Assembly: GCA_002633005.1 (NCBI GenBank)
Contig: NMRA01000571.1
Span: 16,180 to 80,179 of the forward strand
Direction of reading: 5' to 3'
Source of the DNA: Phoronis australis
Taxonomy: Eukaryota; Animalia; Phoronida
DNA: 64,000 nt
Shown here in pieces: positions 39,501 to 54,500 of this stretch. How positions within the stretch are numbered: position 1 is the stretch's first letter; every line of letters begins with the position of its first letter. A program made the translations under genes and the position numbers. The notes under the pieces were generated by a model. It did no database searches. It was given only the letters and a program-made list of their open reading frames with translations, and was not told where the DNA came from.

Positions 39501-42500
39501 GAAACTGAGTTTCATACTGAAAAGGATTCCTTTAATAGGTAAATGCAACACAAGCTAATGTACAACTATTATTAGAAAGTCAAGCTGATGTACATTTGAT
39601 GTTAACTGTACTCACAACCAGCGACGTCACTCCAGATAAAATGCATCTATGGCAGCGACGTGTGCATAAATATTCCCAGAAACAATACCCGCATAAAGTC
39701 TCTTGTGCTGCCACCTGGAGGGAAGTCGTAGGAGCGGAACGTTATCTCAGATAATAGTAGATAGAGATAGCCGGTAAGGGCCATTTACTCACGTGTACTG
39801 CTGTTTGGATCTTTTACCCTGCCACGCCTTGATCACAGAGGCTCCCATGCTGCGCGACTCCTGCAACAACCAGTACAGTTAAGCCACACATAGCCAACAT
39901 TGGGACGGCTTGTTATGAACAAGACACTGATTGCACAATATTATTACTAAACAAAATAAAGTTTAAAAAATTTATAAACCTTTAAAAGGGAGACTAACTG
40001 TTTGTTGAAATTCTAAGAATGATTTCTCAAAACCTTGGCGGACATCAATGTTTAATAAAGGTTTACATAATAGCAAAGATTATATAAATCAAACAATGAC
40101 GCCAAGAGAAGCCGGTGTTGTTAACTGAATCAAATCCCTAAGCAATGATCAAAAATGATGGGCAGAGTGTCCCTGAGACGGTACACAAATTTTCTTATTA
40201 GAAAACAACCACCATAGTCCTGTTCCCAAACATAAAAGTCGAAGATAACGGCTGCATAGAAAAACTATGAGCATTACATGTTCTTTATTGTGTGTACATC
40301 CTATGCAAACATTAAGCAACCCTGCCACCCTTATAAACATGCACAAACAGGACATCAGAACCCATTCCATAAGGAACTCATACTGAGAAGGATTTCTATT
40401 GGGTAACTGCATCACATCCATTGAAACACAGGAATGAAGTGATTCAGTTATGAGAGTCAACCCAAAACAAATGTAGAACAAGTGTTAGAGGCAAACACTG
40501 ACGGCAAATTGACGTATTCATGACAATTTCTGCCCGTTAACAAGTTGGTCTGGATCAATCTGCACTTTCTTCTCAAAAGCAACAGACTTGTGCTGCCAAG
40601 GATTTCCCGCGTTTACACTAACGACTTCTCCAGAGCAAATTGTTGCTGGAACAACTTGCGTCCGGTTTTTATACAGTGGAAATGGCATACAACGCAGTCA
40701 AGTAAATTTGTGTATGTTGAAAATATATTCCTGTCCAAACAATACACCGATAACACAGACAATGCAGAGCTACGTAATGATGCTAGATGACAGTACATTT
40801 GCCAAAAAAACTAAAACAGCCAAGTAACGAAGCCGACAAAAACACGTTGAGCAATGTCAAACATGGCAATTTAACCACGCATTACTTAAAGAGCGCTACA
40901 AAAAGAAAGCCAAATCCCTCCGCCCAGAACAAAACTACCTTGCTGTGGTGAGTCTGTGCATTGGATAAAAAACAAATGGCAAACGATAAAGGGTCATAAC
41001 ATCGGGACTGCGTTCACATAAGCAAATCTATTGTGCCTAAGGCGAGGTCACTCAAGATATTCCAAGTCTAAGGCAAAACGTTGTCCCTGTTTAACTTGAT
41101 ACCTGATATTTCTTTTATGGAAAATGTGGACAGCAATATGGATGTTAAATTATGAGAGTGGATCAAGAAATCATCAACAACGGACTGTTGGTACCCTACT
41201 CTCATGTTATAACATTCCAAGGCACTGCTTTAGTGAACGTGCCCCAAGCGGTAACTTAAAAACACAATGAACAAGAACAAGGCGATTAGTTGTAAAAATA
41301 AATTGTCACACACAAGAGAGGTGTTAAGGGTCTCATTAATAACAAAAAGTGACCTGGTCACATGTGGATAGTCAGCTACCGGATGAGCAAGCATGCAGCT
41401 TTCATGCGGAGAAGGATCCCTGGTAGTGCACAGAAAAATCTAGTTACCCGAAACCATAGAAAAGTGACTAACAACAAACAAGGAACAAAACCTATAAGCA
41501 AAATCAACAATTTATTGATCCATTGGCAGCTGTCAATCTCATGACAGCATTTCCTTTCAGGATTGTGTGCACAGCCAGTCTTTTGTTACAGCTGGCTAGG
41601 TCCATTAGGTCATTGTGTTCTGGTCACTACAGAGCATTATCTGATGTTACCAGGCATGGCTTCAACCACTCTCTTCCCTGATACCTGGCTAGAGTGATGG
41701 GGCAGGCTCACTAATGGACCTGACTAATCAAATCATTACTTTTTATTCGATTCAGATGGCTCAAACAGTATCCCACTTGCTCCACAATTTTTGTAATATT
41801 TACAGCTTGTCACAGGAACTTGATTACACGACAATAGATTCATAGGTACACGCAGGTCATCTCCATTGGAAATGCATCAGGAACGAGAGAAGACAAAAGA
41901 AGATTAAAGCAATACAAGTAAGAAGTAATCCAGAACAAGAGAAGCCTTTCAAACACTTTGTCAGAGAGAACAACAGAAAACAATGCACCAGAAAACAAAC
42001 TGCACACATGGGCTAGAACTTTACGGAACTCGAGGAAGCCGTTCACAGAAAAAATACAGGGAACAGTTGAGACAGATCAGAGAAATGGCAATCCATTCTG
42101 CTGCGAAAACAAAACAACATCCAACTCCTCTCCCCCGCCCAGGACATGCAAAACTGCCTTAACCATAACCAGTCTCCTGCAAGCCTAAATACTTCAAAAC
42201 CTTTTTTACCTTCTTGTGCTTCTGTTAAACATGACAAGTTGACATTGTTAGTAAGTTATACGCATATATAGAGAACAGAAGAGTTAGCAAAAGCAAAACT
42301 GTCCCCGTTTCGAGAGCAGAAAAAATTCTCCAGTTTGGGGGTCACAATGAAAAACTTAACTTTGTAGAAGATTGAAATTTATACTGAATTGGGCAATATT
42401 GGCCGTTCCAAAATAAAAAAATTACAAAAACAACAGTAACATTATATAATTCTGAAATTATGGAGGTAATGCAATATTACGGTGCCCGCTACACATTTCC

Positions 42501-45500
42501 GTTTAATTTGTGATTATACTTTGAAACACCTGACCAGTCAAGACTGATTATAGTTGACAGTGTCTGAATATTAGACCCGGACGATACAAAATGCAATGTC
42601 CCATATTTGATAAAACAAGAATGACAAATGGAAAAATCGCCCATGTTCTAATATTTTTGACACAAGAAAATTTAATTCCAACTTTTGTGTTCCACATTAA
42701 AAGACCCCAAGTGGAGGGCTCTTATTGTAGTAAGACGGGCTTCCAAAGACGAATGGACTACAACCCCATTCTCAACAACCCAACATGGCAAATCTACGTT
42801 TCTTTAATTTTGGGTGACAAAACCAAGTTTATTTGGTATTAATTTAATTACTTAATGTCTAGTCGTTAAGCAATTTGAAAGTTAGTTAAAGAAAATGAAA
42901 AAGTATCTTTGGACAATACAAATTAAAGCAAAAATTGAGCTCAAGTGACACGATCTATGGTTTATGAAAGTTTCAACAGCATGAACTTTGCATTGATTTT
43001 CAGTTCTCTCCATTTTTCCACTTTCTCTTAAACAAAGCTCAGAAAAAGAAAAACAGAATTTGCTACTTTACAAATTGGAAATGTGGACTTTCACTGTTGT
43101 CAAAACGGAATCCTTTGCTTTTGAAAATAAAAAGGAGAATTATGGTCTCAAAGTTCCAGGAAATAAAAAAACAGGAACATTATATCAACACTAGAGGCAC
43201 ATAACACCAACCTGCATAAAGTACATCTGACACGCTGTGTCGTCATCTGCGTTCTCAGCGCAGTCGAGCTCGAACACAAATGTGATGCGGGCGATCTCGA
43301 CAGGCTTGCCATGGAAAATGCCCTCCCGTCCCTGGAAGCCGTCCACGTCCAAGAGGAGGATGAGGTAGGCATCATCGGCGTGACCTACGCCCGTGTGAAT
43401 GTGGTCGTTGGCAGGCTGCCAGCCATTCTTGGTACTACACCCCGTGTCTAGAACGGCGAGAACCACAGTCATTTCAATTTGTGACACGAAACCAGACACA
43501 AAAATGACATTTTTCCACCCATCTCCTGAGCCACTCAAAACTGCCATTCAGTTACAGCATGGGAACATACGTATTTACTTTAATTTTGTATCCAATTCTT
43601 TATTTCGCGGACTTTTAAAACAATGCCACTGAAGGATGACACATGCGCAGCATTTAATTTTTGACGTTATACAAAAAAATGACTTAATATTTATTCACAA
43701 TCGGATTTCAAACACGTTTTCATTAATCGAAATTAATGAAAATGACCACCACACATTTGAAGGGTGGAAAACCACGTACACGATAGTGTAAATGTCAACC
43801 AAATCACATACAATTCTCCGATTCACAAACAAAACAACAGCTCACTAATAATTAGGACAAAATGTTTGCTTATGAATAAAACACCAGGGTCAGGGTTATA
43901 GTGTCATCACCTTTTTTCTTTCCCCGATTCCATGACTTAAATTCTCACAGTTTTGCAAACAAATATAACAAAGTTCAAAATGCATAAACTAGCGATAAGA
44001 CTTGCAAAAATCATGATACTAAGTTATCACCATATGAAAATTTCTGTGAATCTTCAAAAAAGGAATTTCTATGCATGAACATTGGTTCTGCCAAATCCCC
44101 AGTTTTCCCAATTTTCTGCAAGGAGCAGGAATGAGCGTTACCCCAATACTCACCATCGGTAGATATACAGCTGGCGGTCATGTTGGGTGGCATTGTATTC
44201 CACCATTTGTAAACTAGGCCTGTCTTGGGGGCGGAGTTGACCGGACATGGCTGACAGGCCTCCCGCCCTGAAATAAGATTGACAGGCGGAGATTAAAAAC
44301 ATGAATGCAGCCATATCATTTAACAACAGATTATACAATACAGGCAAATTTAAAGCAGATACTGCAAAAAAAAAATGGTTATCACAAAATTGAAAGCAAT
44401 CTCAAATCAACTGACCCCATTTATTTCACAAGTCGGGGTAATCTTCAGGGGTCGAACCGACAAACCAGAGTTGAAATCTTTCATGTTGTAACATACCAAT
44501 CGAAAGAAAACTTACTCATGGATTGGACATTCCAAAATAATAAAATAATTATTTCATCGAAATAAGACTTTATGTTTACACCTGACAAGAGGTCTTTCAG
44601 TACTGAAAAACCAGCCGCACACACATTATACGATAAATTGAGAAACCCAGAAACGTGAACCGACTATCGATAGCATGTATTCGTTCTCACTTTACCGTAC
44701 AAATTGACATAGCAACCTACCTTTCATTTATCTAACTTTGTTTAATGTGAAAAGTTTCTATCATGCTTGAATGAAACATAGTTTGTGATTCAAATTTCTG
44801 TTTTTCAGGTTTCAAATAGGAGATCTGTAGTTCACTACAGTGCCTAACCACAAGGTAGCGTGTGTTAGACCTTCATTAAATAAGCAAAACCAATGGCGCC
44901 CTTTGACCTTACCATCGGAGAATGTGTTCTTGGGACAGAACTGACACGACTGCTGAGTGTAGTGCATGCCGGGGTTACACGGTGGACACTCCTCCTTGAC
45001 ACCAGAGGCCGGCAGTTTCGCGGAGCCCGCCACGTCAGTGCGACACAGCTTGTGCTCCGCCCACTTGTACATCTTCTGTGTCTGTGGAGAAATGGCATGA
45101 GTGTAACGATTTGGAATCGCAAAAGAGCAATCATCCGACATCACGGACAAATGTCCAACAAAAAATGGAAACAAAGATTTGAATTCCACTATTGGAAGCG
45201 AAAATTTGGCATGTACAATAACAGCCCCCGATACTATCAGTTTTACATATTAGAAGTATAACAGAAGATTCAGATGACACAGCAACTAGCCCACATCAGA
45301 AACTGACAGGTCAAGGGAGCAAGTGCATCATATAGCATTAATTCATCGTTCAAATTGTGGCTGTTTAACCATTTTACAACAGCTTACCATAAATACAGAG
45401 AAGCACTAAAACCTAATACTGGACTTACACTTCAACTGAGCAATGTTGCTTCCTCATCGCGAGGACTTGCACTAATTAATGACGTGGTGGCGTTTGGCTG

Positions 45501-48500
45501 ACGGTGTGATCTGCACGGAATGAAGCGCAGTGAGTGATCCCACATCATATTACACCATCAGCTGAACCCACCATGGAATTAGCTGGTGAAAGTCTTCACG
45601 ATGAGGGTGCAACGCAGCTTAGTCAAAATGTAAATCAGTATTAGGCCTTTGTTTCTATATTATCAACTGGATGTCTAATATTCACCAATTTATTCACCAA
45701 TTCAGCTTAATTCAAACTTATACTATTTATCACATATAGTAGAGAAAGGTTACAGTGAACATCAAATAAAATACTGTTTACAGTAAGAGAGACACTTTAT
45801 ATATAATTGATTGAGTCAGCCTACTTTCAAAAATTCTACTTTGCTTAAAATCAATTTAAAAAATGATTTTTAATATGGGAAGCTAATTTTCACATGGTCA
45901 CCCAGTGAATCAAGTGGAGTTTATCCACAACTCCTGAGGCTAGATGAGGCGCTGTGAACTTGCAGTGGGTACTTTTGACTTGACATATATTGTTGTGAGC
46001 AATTTTCACATGGTCTACTACCTATAATTGGCTACAATACAATTATAGCAGTCACCACTGCATGTTAAACAACCATTTAACCAAAACGAGTCATCCACAA
46101 CATCAGACATACAGGGAGGGACAAAAAAATGTTACCCGTTCTGACTTCATATATACTTAAATTTTCTGCTTTTTTAAAATGTATCACAGAAGCATGAAAG
46201 TTTTGATTGATAACGACAATCTCTCATCTTGTCACAATTTGGGATCCATTTACTAATTATTGACACTAATCTGTATCACTAAATGATTACTCCGTGACAA
46301 CACTGCACAGAAACTATAGACACCAAGAGAATAAACTACACGCTCAAGATTTAGCCTGGGCCAAGAATCTCATTTTCTGCCCAATAACGTAAAAATGTAC
46401 CTCATAAGCAAAAAAGCTCCTATCCAAAGAACTGAGTAACAATTTTTGACCCACCCTGTATCATGAAATTACCATACCTGGTTGTTTTCATCACAGGCAG
46501 TCAGGTATCCAAAGTAGTCGTTGCTGGTACATGCAGGACGATCAGTGCATTCGGACGCTCCCTGGCCTAATAACAGTTGAAACAATTAATGACAAAATAG
46601 GCATCTTTTAACCTGGTGCATGCCATAGACCAAATTCCTTGTTACTGACGTATAAGTCAAATAACAAATGATGGTGCTGGAAATTAAATGCTTATCACGT
46701 CAATAACCGTCCTTCAAAAATCACGCGTAACAAAATGCAATTTCATGATGAACAACAAATATCAGATGGGATGAGTGCTTTTTGTCTCACGGGATGTTTT
46801 TTGTCACAAGGGACGTGTTTTTGTCACCTGGGACGTGCATTTTTGAAAGCTATCTACAGTTAATTAAAACAATTATTTTGGGAAATTTTACATTGAAATG
46901 AGATCACAATTACAAATTCTATCGAGTGCACGCGCTTTTCAAAGAACTGGCTAAAATTTTTTTTGAGACTTGAAAAATGCTTTAACGGTAAAAATTCATA
47001 TTTATCCATACACCATTCCACAAATATTAACATGTTATTTGCAAACTAAAAAGACAGTGGAATAATACACATTTAGGTTTGTCATATCAAATTTAATAAC
47101 TGGGTGTTCGCAACATGGCGACAAGTTGACTCAATGCACTTAAAGTCTTCTATTATTGTGACCTTTGCACTCAAAATTCCAACATTTTTATGAGAATTAA
47201 TAAATCACTATAATCTAAATATTAATTTTCATCATAGTTAGAACACAAGTGGTGAAAATCAAAAGCAAGTGTACAGTGAACATTATACACCAGTGGTGCA
47301 TAAGTGCTTTAAATAATAGAAGACAAACCCTAAAAATGGCATGAAAAGCACTGTCAGTAAATTATAGATAAACTGAATTCAAAGAGATGTTCAGTTCTAG
47401 AGAAAAAAACAAAGTTACCCTCTTGCTTCTATGCCCGCTCGCGCTTACCGGAGTACTGTGTCTTTACGTCACAGGGTTTGCACTTGCCGGCTCCCCCAGG
47501 TGAATACGTGTTTTTGGGACAGTCCTGGCAGTCAGCTGAGCCCTCGCTACTGTATGTGCCTGGCAGACATTTGGTGCACTCGGATGTGAAGGCAACACCT
47601 GTAAACACAGAAGGTGGTAGTTCATTTTCATCAACTTTGTGAAAGCATTTGACAAGATTACGGTTGAATTGCACTATAGTGATAGCCACATTGCTATGGA
47701 CGACCACACAGGTATCGATGTTTAAAATGACTATAGGCCATTCATTTACTTGAATAAGTTGAGTTCGACTTTAAGCAACAACAATTTCTCAGTTCTTTCC
47801 ATTATGCTCAGAAATCACTTTTGATTTGAGAAGGGCATTAAGTACATCAATAATCTTGAAAAGCAGGTGAATTGGGACTTCATAGTTGAATGCCAACTGC
47901 TATAACCACTGGGCCATCACACAGTTTCAAAGTTCAAATCAACGGACGATATGACCTGGAATTTCCCATCGTGGCAGGCGGAACTCGCCGTCATGATGAC
48001 TAAGTGGAAGCAAAGCTCACCATATGATAAGTTTGAATGGTGAATCAAGGGGGGGGGGGCGCCACGACTTGTGGGGAAACCAGATTTTGTCCGATTACCA
48101 CACTACTGTACTCACCCAAGGTTGCCAAGTTGGAGTGCAGTAAAATCTTTTTGATTTAGGAGACAATATGGCGGACAGGTAAAATTTTGTTTTCTGATTG
48201 TTTTCATGAAAGATATGCAGCACAGCGTTACTGCATTACCATGACCAAATTCGGTATGTTAGGTACATCAGAAAATATTTTGAAAAAAGTCTGGGTAATT
48301 ATTTTCAGCCAAAATTGGCGAGACTTTACGGCGCTAAAAAAACACGGGCAGGCGTTCAGTCGAGCATGGGTGATTGGAAAACTTTTGGAAAGTCAGGGGT
48401 GGACTCGCACACAAATAGTCACCCTAATCCCTCGAAAGCTTTATTAATGTTGGACTTCACTTATGACAGACAATACGGGAACCCAAAACAAGACTAGGTT

Positions 48501-51500
48501 TTGCTGAAACTGACCAATTGTTACGATTTGGGAACTTAAGCTTCGATGGGATGAATGTCATGACACGGGCACTTACAAGCAAGTATTGATCACAGAAATT
48601 GGGAGAGAGGTGAGCCAAGCACAGGCATCAAGCTAGTATGGTATTCTTAGCGTAAACTTACCAGACACTTCAATGTTCTTGATCAACACCGGGGTCCTTG
48701 TCTGCTTGCTCTCGTCCCCCTGGAGGCTAATGGTGCGCCACGTGATCACATTGAGACCTTTTTTTAGTTCGATGGTCTGCGTCTTCCACTGGCCCTCGCT
48801 GGTCATGCGTGGCCACTTGTCACCAGACGCCTCCGAGGAACTGGCGCACTGGTCGTTCTGGACCTAAGGCGGGGAGTAAAGGCCGAGATGAACGACTGCA
48901 GAGCTAGAGGTCAGTCATTTGTCAACCACCAAATAAATATGGGAAGGTCAATGGCTAATGCACTACTTCTACAGCAGGGAAATTAAAGAGAATATGATAA
49001 CCATGATGGCAGAAATGCACATGGTGGTTTCCAGAGCTAAATTTTCATTCAACCCAAGATACCGAAATATGAAGCAGAATTTAACTTTTGATACTGAATA
49101 GCTGGCAGTGAGTATAAAATCAAAATAGTTTTCACAAAAAGTAAACAAATGTCAACCTCTTCCCATCAAAACTCATAATAACTTATCAATGCAAAATCTT
49201 TCGGTTAACTTCCAAATCGTATACACAACGCCACAACTAAATATTCATTTATTTTCTATGCTCCATGCATGTTGCAGGGCTTGGAATGACCAATGACAAA
49301 AAACGCGGAAACTTTTACGGCCCAAATCATGCCCGATAACCAGCCTTTGAAATGGTCAATGTGAACCTTTCCGCGACAAAAATCGGGAGGACTAAAAAAA
49401 AAAAAAAAAACGTTACCACCATCAGTAGCATGCATCTGCGTCCTTTTCGCTCGCCCGTCCACTCCCAACCCACACAAATTTGGCTGCAGAGCGGTAGTAT
49501 TTGTCGCCGCGCTTAACAATAACACGAGCCGCCATTGAAAATCAGACCACGCTTTACCCAGATGCCCCGGCAATGTTGACAATTTACGTTCCTCCGTAAC
49601 ATAAAGACTTCCGCTTTCCGAAGTGAACGTCGTCTGCAATGCCGCAGTAAGAAAGGAATTTGCCGCGGAAATTTCATATCAAATCCGATTTTTTTACGTG
49701 GAAATATTATAAAAAAAGCGGAAAGTACATTTGAAAAAAGCGGAAATCCGCGTTTCCGCGGAAAATTCCAAGCCCTGATGTTGTCAAAAACTTACTGCTC
49801 CTGGCCAGTACATTATATAAATAATCAACTAGTGGCTAGGCGCAATAGCGTCGCATTAAACTCCGAAAAACACCCTTTATTGCGAAAAAAGTCAAAAATT
49901 CGACTAAACTACGAAATAAGCTTAGCAAGATGTTTGCCCTTGTCTGGCAGGGTTTGGCAGAGTATTGTCAAAGTTTTTCTAGTTTATTTAAAAAAAAACA
50001 AACTGTACAACCGGTCCTCACCAGGACTCTGAAGACGGTGTTCTTGTCTGTATACTGATAGGTGAAGCTCACTTTACCCGGCTTTACCAGGTTGGCCGTG
50101 TACACGAGGCTGGATTTGCAGTGACTGGCCAGGGAGGCGATGAACTCCCCCTTGGTGCTCCAGCCGTTCCTGCGGACAAGTAGAACATTTTATATGAGAC
50201 AGAATAAAAAATTCTTCAAAAATGTTCTTATTGCAAGATCAGCTTCTTCAATGTGAAACAGTTGGGCCTGTTTCTCCACAATATCAATAGTTACAGGGGT
50301 CATGGATTATGACTAGTTCAACGCCCTATATTCAGTGGAGAAAACTGGATCTTAAAATTTATTTCCCTCAATAAGTAGGGAGCCACGGTCCCATCACATT
50401 GACCAGTTTGCAGATCAAAAACAAGAACACGCTAGGGTAGAGAATGATGGGGGGTCAATTCTTCTCAACACCTATTGGCCAGAAATGTAGTTTCACATGC
50501 AGCGAACCAACGATTCCCCGCAATACATAGCAAACGTGTCGTCTTCCTCCCTCCATCCCTACCTCTCGCTCGCTCAATTGGTCAACGCTTTCACCCTTCA
50601 AACTATAGCTGGCTTTAAAGAGCTTACAAATCTGCGAACTTCAACTAGCACCGCAAGCGGAGACTTGGTGCACACTAGGTGGAGGTATAATCCTGTTTAT
50701 GTTATCCAGACAGAATGAGAACATCAAACTGTTCACCATCACAGCTGTATTATTAACACGAATACATGCATACTGGTGCCATTTAGCAGATTGCGAGCCC
50801 CCCGACGTGAGCTGCCTGGCTGGTAAAGTCTCTAACCCAATCAGCTAGAATGAACGTTTCCGTAAAATCAAGAAACAGCCCCTCTCCAGGAACCCCTCGG
50901 ATGTCCCACCCTTCCTTACTTCTCAGTGCACTTGAATGGCTTCTTTTGATTTCCTTGATGGGAGCTTCCTAACGAACTGTAGGACTCGACGCGCACGTTG
51001 AAGCCCTGGGGCAGCTTGGACCAGTTCTCGTAGCGCACGCCCCCACCCATGGAGTACGTTCCTTCTGGACATTTATGACAGTCTTGGTCGCCCGTGATGT
51101 TCAGGTAGTTACCAGGTGGACAAGTGTAGGCTAGAACAAAGAATGACAAAATTATAATAATAATTACATTCTTGTTCAGAGAAGCACTTTGTAATGAGGC
51201 TAACGATCTGCCTAGACAATTTTTCAAAATTTCCCCACGTAGATAAAAAAATTTGCTACTGGTTCATCATTTTAGACAGCTTTCTCTTCTATACTCAATG
51301 CATTTTGAATTGCAGGCACCGTTTACGTTTAATCTCTAGATATGACTAATAAGTCCAATTGTCGGGGTCTTAATTTTTCAAATAATGTGCAAATTTTTTA
51401 AACCTGTTTAACATGACACTGTACAATGAAATAAAAATTCACTCACTCATTCATACCTCATTAAAAATTCCTATCACAAACCCCTCTCCCCACTGCCACC

Positions 51501-54500
51501 ATTCCCTCTGCATCACACAATATTAATGACACAAATCTGTTGAGATTTACAAGTAGTCTCAACTCAGGCACTAAAACTTTAATGTGAGCTCTACTGCACA
51601 ACAGCATCATGGGACTTCAGATCAAGACAAGTAACAACTTAAATCAGATGACTGATGATCTTCACATGATGACCTCATGAGTCCCCATCTCTCCTGACAG
51701 ATATTGATGTAGAAACACAGGAAACAAATTGATGTTACCTCTATAAGTGAACTACTGAACAAGTGAAATTTGGTATCTTTGAACCATCACCAAAGCTAAG
51801 ACAGTATGTGTAAATTAATTTACTAAGGCATCTCGGTTTTTCTTTCTCAACCATTTTAAACTCACATTTTGCTGCAAAAACTTTCGATGTTTGCTTTTAT
51901 TTATTAAAGACACTGGGAATTGCTAGGAATAAGTTTAATTTTCACAAATTTTCAACACAATAGTGTCGTTTACACTTACAAAGTTGACACGGATCAGCTG
52001 ACACGGAACAAACCTGCGCATGTGCGATCCAGTCTCTCCAGCCTGTAATTTCCGTCTTGCCACAGTTAGTGAGTTGTGTGTGTAAACGGCCGCTTGACAA
52101 GGATCAATTTACTCCGTGTCAGTTGCGCCGGGCTAAAAGTTTATGTCTAAATGGGACTAATGGCACTTTCTTCATTAACCATTTTCATATTAAATTAACA
52201 AAGTACCTCGCATACATTAATTAGAGACAAAAGATCCATTCTGAACAACACCAATCCCTCAATTCCAAGTGTTGTTATAATTAAACCAATACGTTAAAAA
52301 TTTAAAATTCAAGAACTATTACAGAATTATCAACAGAGTTATGGAAACATACAATGACTCACATACTTATTAAAATCCTACTGAGTACTCACACACAAAA
52401 TTCAATGCACTTAATGGACAGCGTATAAGTCACAGCCTATGAACCCGACATACAGATGCAGTAAAAGTATTCGAACAAAATGATGACAAATGAAACTTTC
52501 GTCGCATATAAAGTATAATAGCTTCATTCACCATTATGACAATTTTCTCATGTAGAAAATGTCACTGTCTTACAAATTTGTGGGAATTAGGCTCATTTCT
52601 ATCAATTCCCAGTGCCATTCCCCATAATGAAGGCCGGGAAGAAGCTGAATTCGTAGTAGTTTTATCTGTGACCAAGAATGAGGGGGGTAATTAACAGGAC
52701 AGGTTATTATTGTAGGTGGGCTAAGTCACTCTGATATCAGTTGTTATCAGTCATTTTTGCTATTAACATAATTAGCCATCATGACGGATAAATGATATTT
52801 TGTCTGATTACTTTTGACTTGGACAGAATGGACATCATTCAGACTAATTACCAATCTCCCACTGGCAGTAGGAAATTAAAAATGCGGAAATTTGTGCCGT
52901 AAATTAATCACTCCTGCTCACATGTTCAAATGCTGCAGAAATTCAATCGCGGAAGTAATTACGGTGGGCCCCTGAAGCTAATTACCCGGCCGCCTCACCC
53001 ATCATGGAGAAAGCTTGGTTCATAAAAATGACATGTTCTCACCGAGCTTTGACTGAAGCAGACAAACTAGGCAAAAAAACAACAAAACTGGATTTAAATT
53101 TCCAGAACAAGCACATGCTTATCGCCAATAAACATTGAAGCATACACAACATCACTTTTTCATTTTTGAAACAGTGCCTATATTCCTGCTTTAACTATTG
53201 AACTTTCTAACCACATTTTAGTGTTGGCATCAGACCTGATCCAGTACTTAGGCTGCTTTCAGTCTATAAAGTTAAACACTCCACAGTGGGTGCTGTTTAT
53301 AGGAAATGCTGATCACCCCCATGATGATGTGCTGGCAGTCTGTTATTTATTGATTTTACACAGACCACAGTCAGACAAAGACAGAGCTCCACACACAGTC
53401 AAACAGAACAGACCAAATGACTTCTTTCATAGTCTGTCTGTGAAGCAACAATGTGATTGAAAGCCACTTCAGAGCAGTCTGCTCTATTGATACTGTAGCA
53501 GCTGTGAGCTCATCCTAACCCCCACCTCCACCTCACCCTAACCCCCATCTCCACCCCTCATAGAAGAGAATTGTTGGGGAAATCAACCCCAACATCAAGT
53601 CATTAATGGCCTTGATTTACCATGAAAAATTTGGCTTGAACGTGTCCCTTTGTCAGATTAGCGAGGACTCCGAGGTCAATTACGGCCTGTGAAAATGAAA
53701 AAAATACTCGCAATAAGGTAAAAGATTCGTCAGCTTTCAAGTCAAGTCTAAAAGCTTGATGGTCATAGGGCGAGGAACTGGGAGGAAATGACCGAGTTTG
53801 CAACTGCTAGAGATCAGGTGGTATTATCTACTACAGATCAGGTGCTTCTAGTGGAGGGCTTGTCATTTTATGCACCGAGTTTGATCAGGAGCACTTTCAG
53901 ACAGTCATTTCTCCATCAGCTCAGAAATCATTTCCAAACACAGCTAAGACCAATTTCATAATGGCAAATGGTCTAAATTAAGAGTTATTTTTTGACAACT
54001 AAAAAGGGGTTTAAAGCCACTTTGACAATCAGAGCCATGTCCACATATATTTTGAAATAAAAAGGGGCGATAAATAGAGTCTGAAATTCTTCAGAGGTGG
54101 TTTCATCAGAAAAGAAACATGTCGATCACAAGGAAAGGAATCGTGAATTGATCACTTTCCTATGCCAACCACAGTGTTTCCAAAATTTATGACCACCCTG
54201 ACTCAAGAAATATTTACAATCAAGGCAACAAATGGACAAAACAATCAGAACACATGTTCATTAAAAGCCACAGACTAACCAGACAGCAGTATGGCCATCT
54301 GTCTGGGAGGTCAGTTACTGTAGTCTGTCATAGGCTTAGATTTGTCACACCCTTGTGTTAACATAATTTGTTTATAGGCATAAGACTCCAATGACAGCCT
54401 CAACCCAAAGAATGGATTCACCTCAGAAGGCAAGTCACAATACGTTACATCAAAAAATTTTCAAATTGTCTCACAGGGAAATCTCATATTGTTACAGTAG

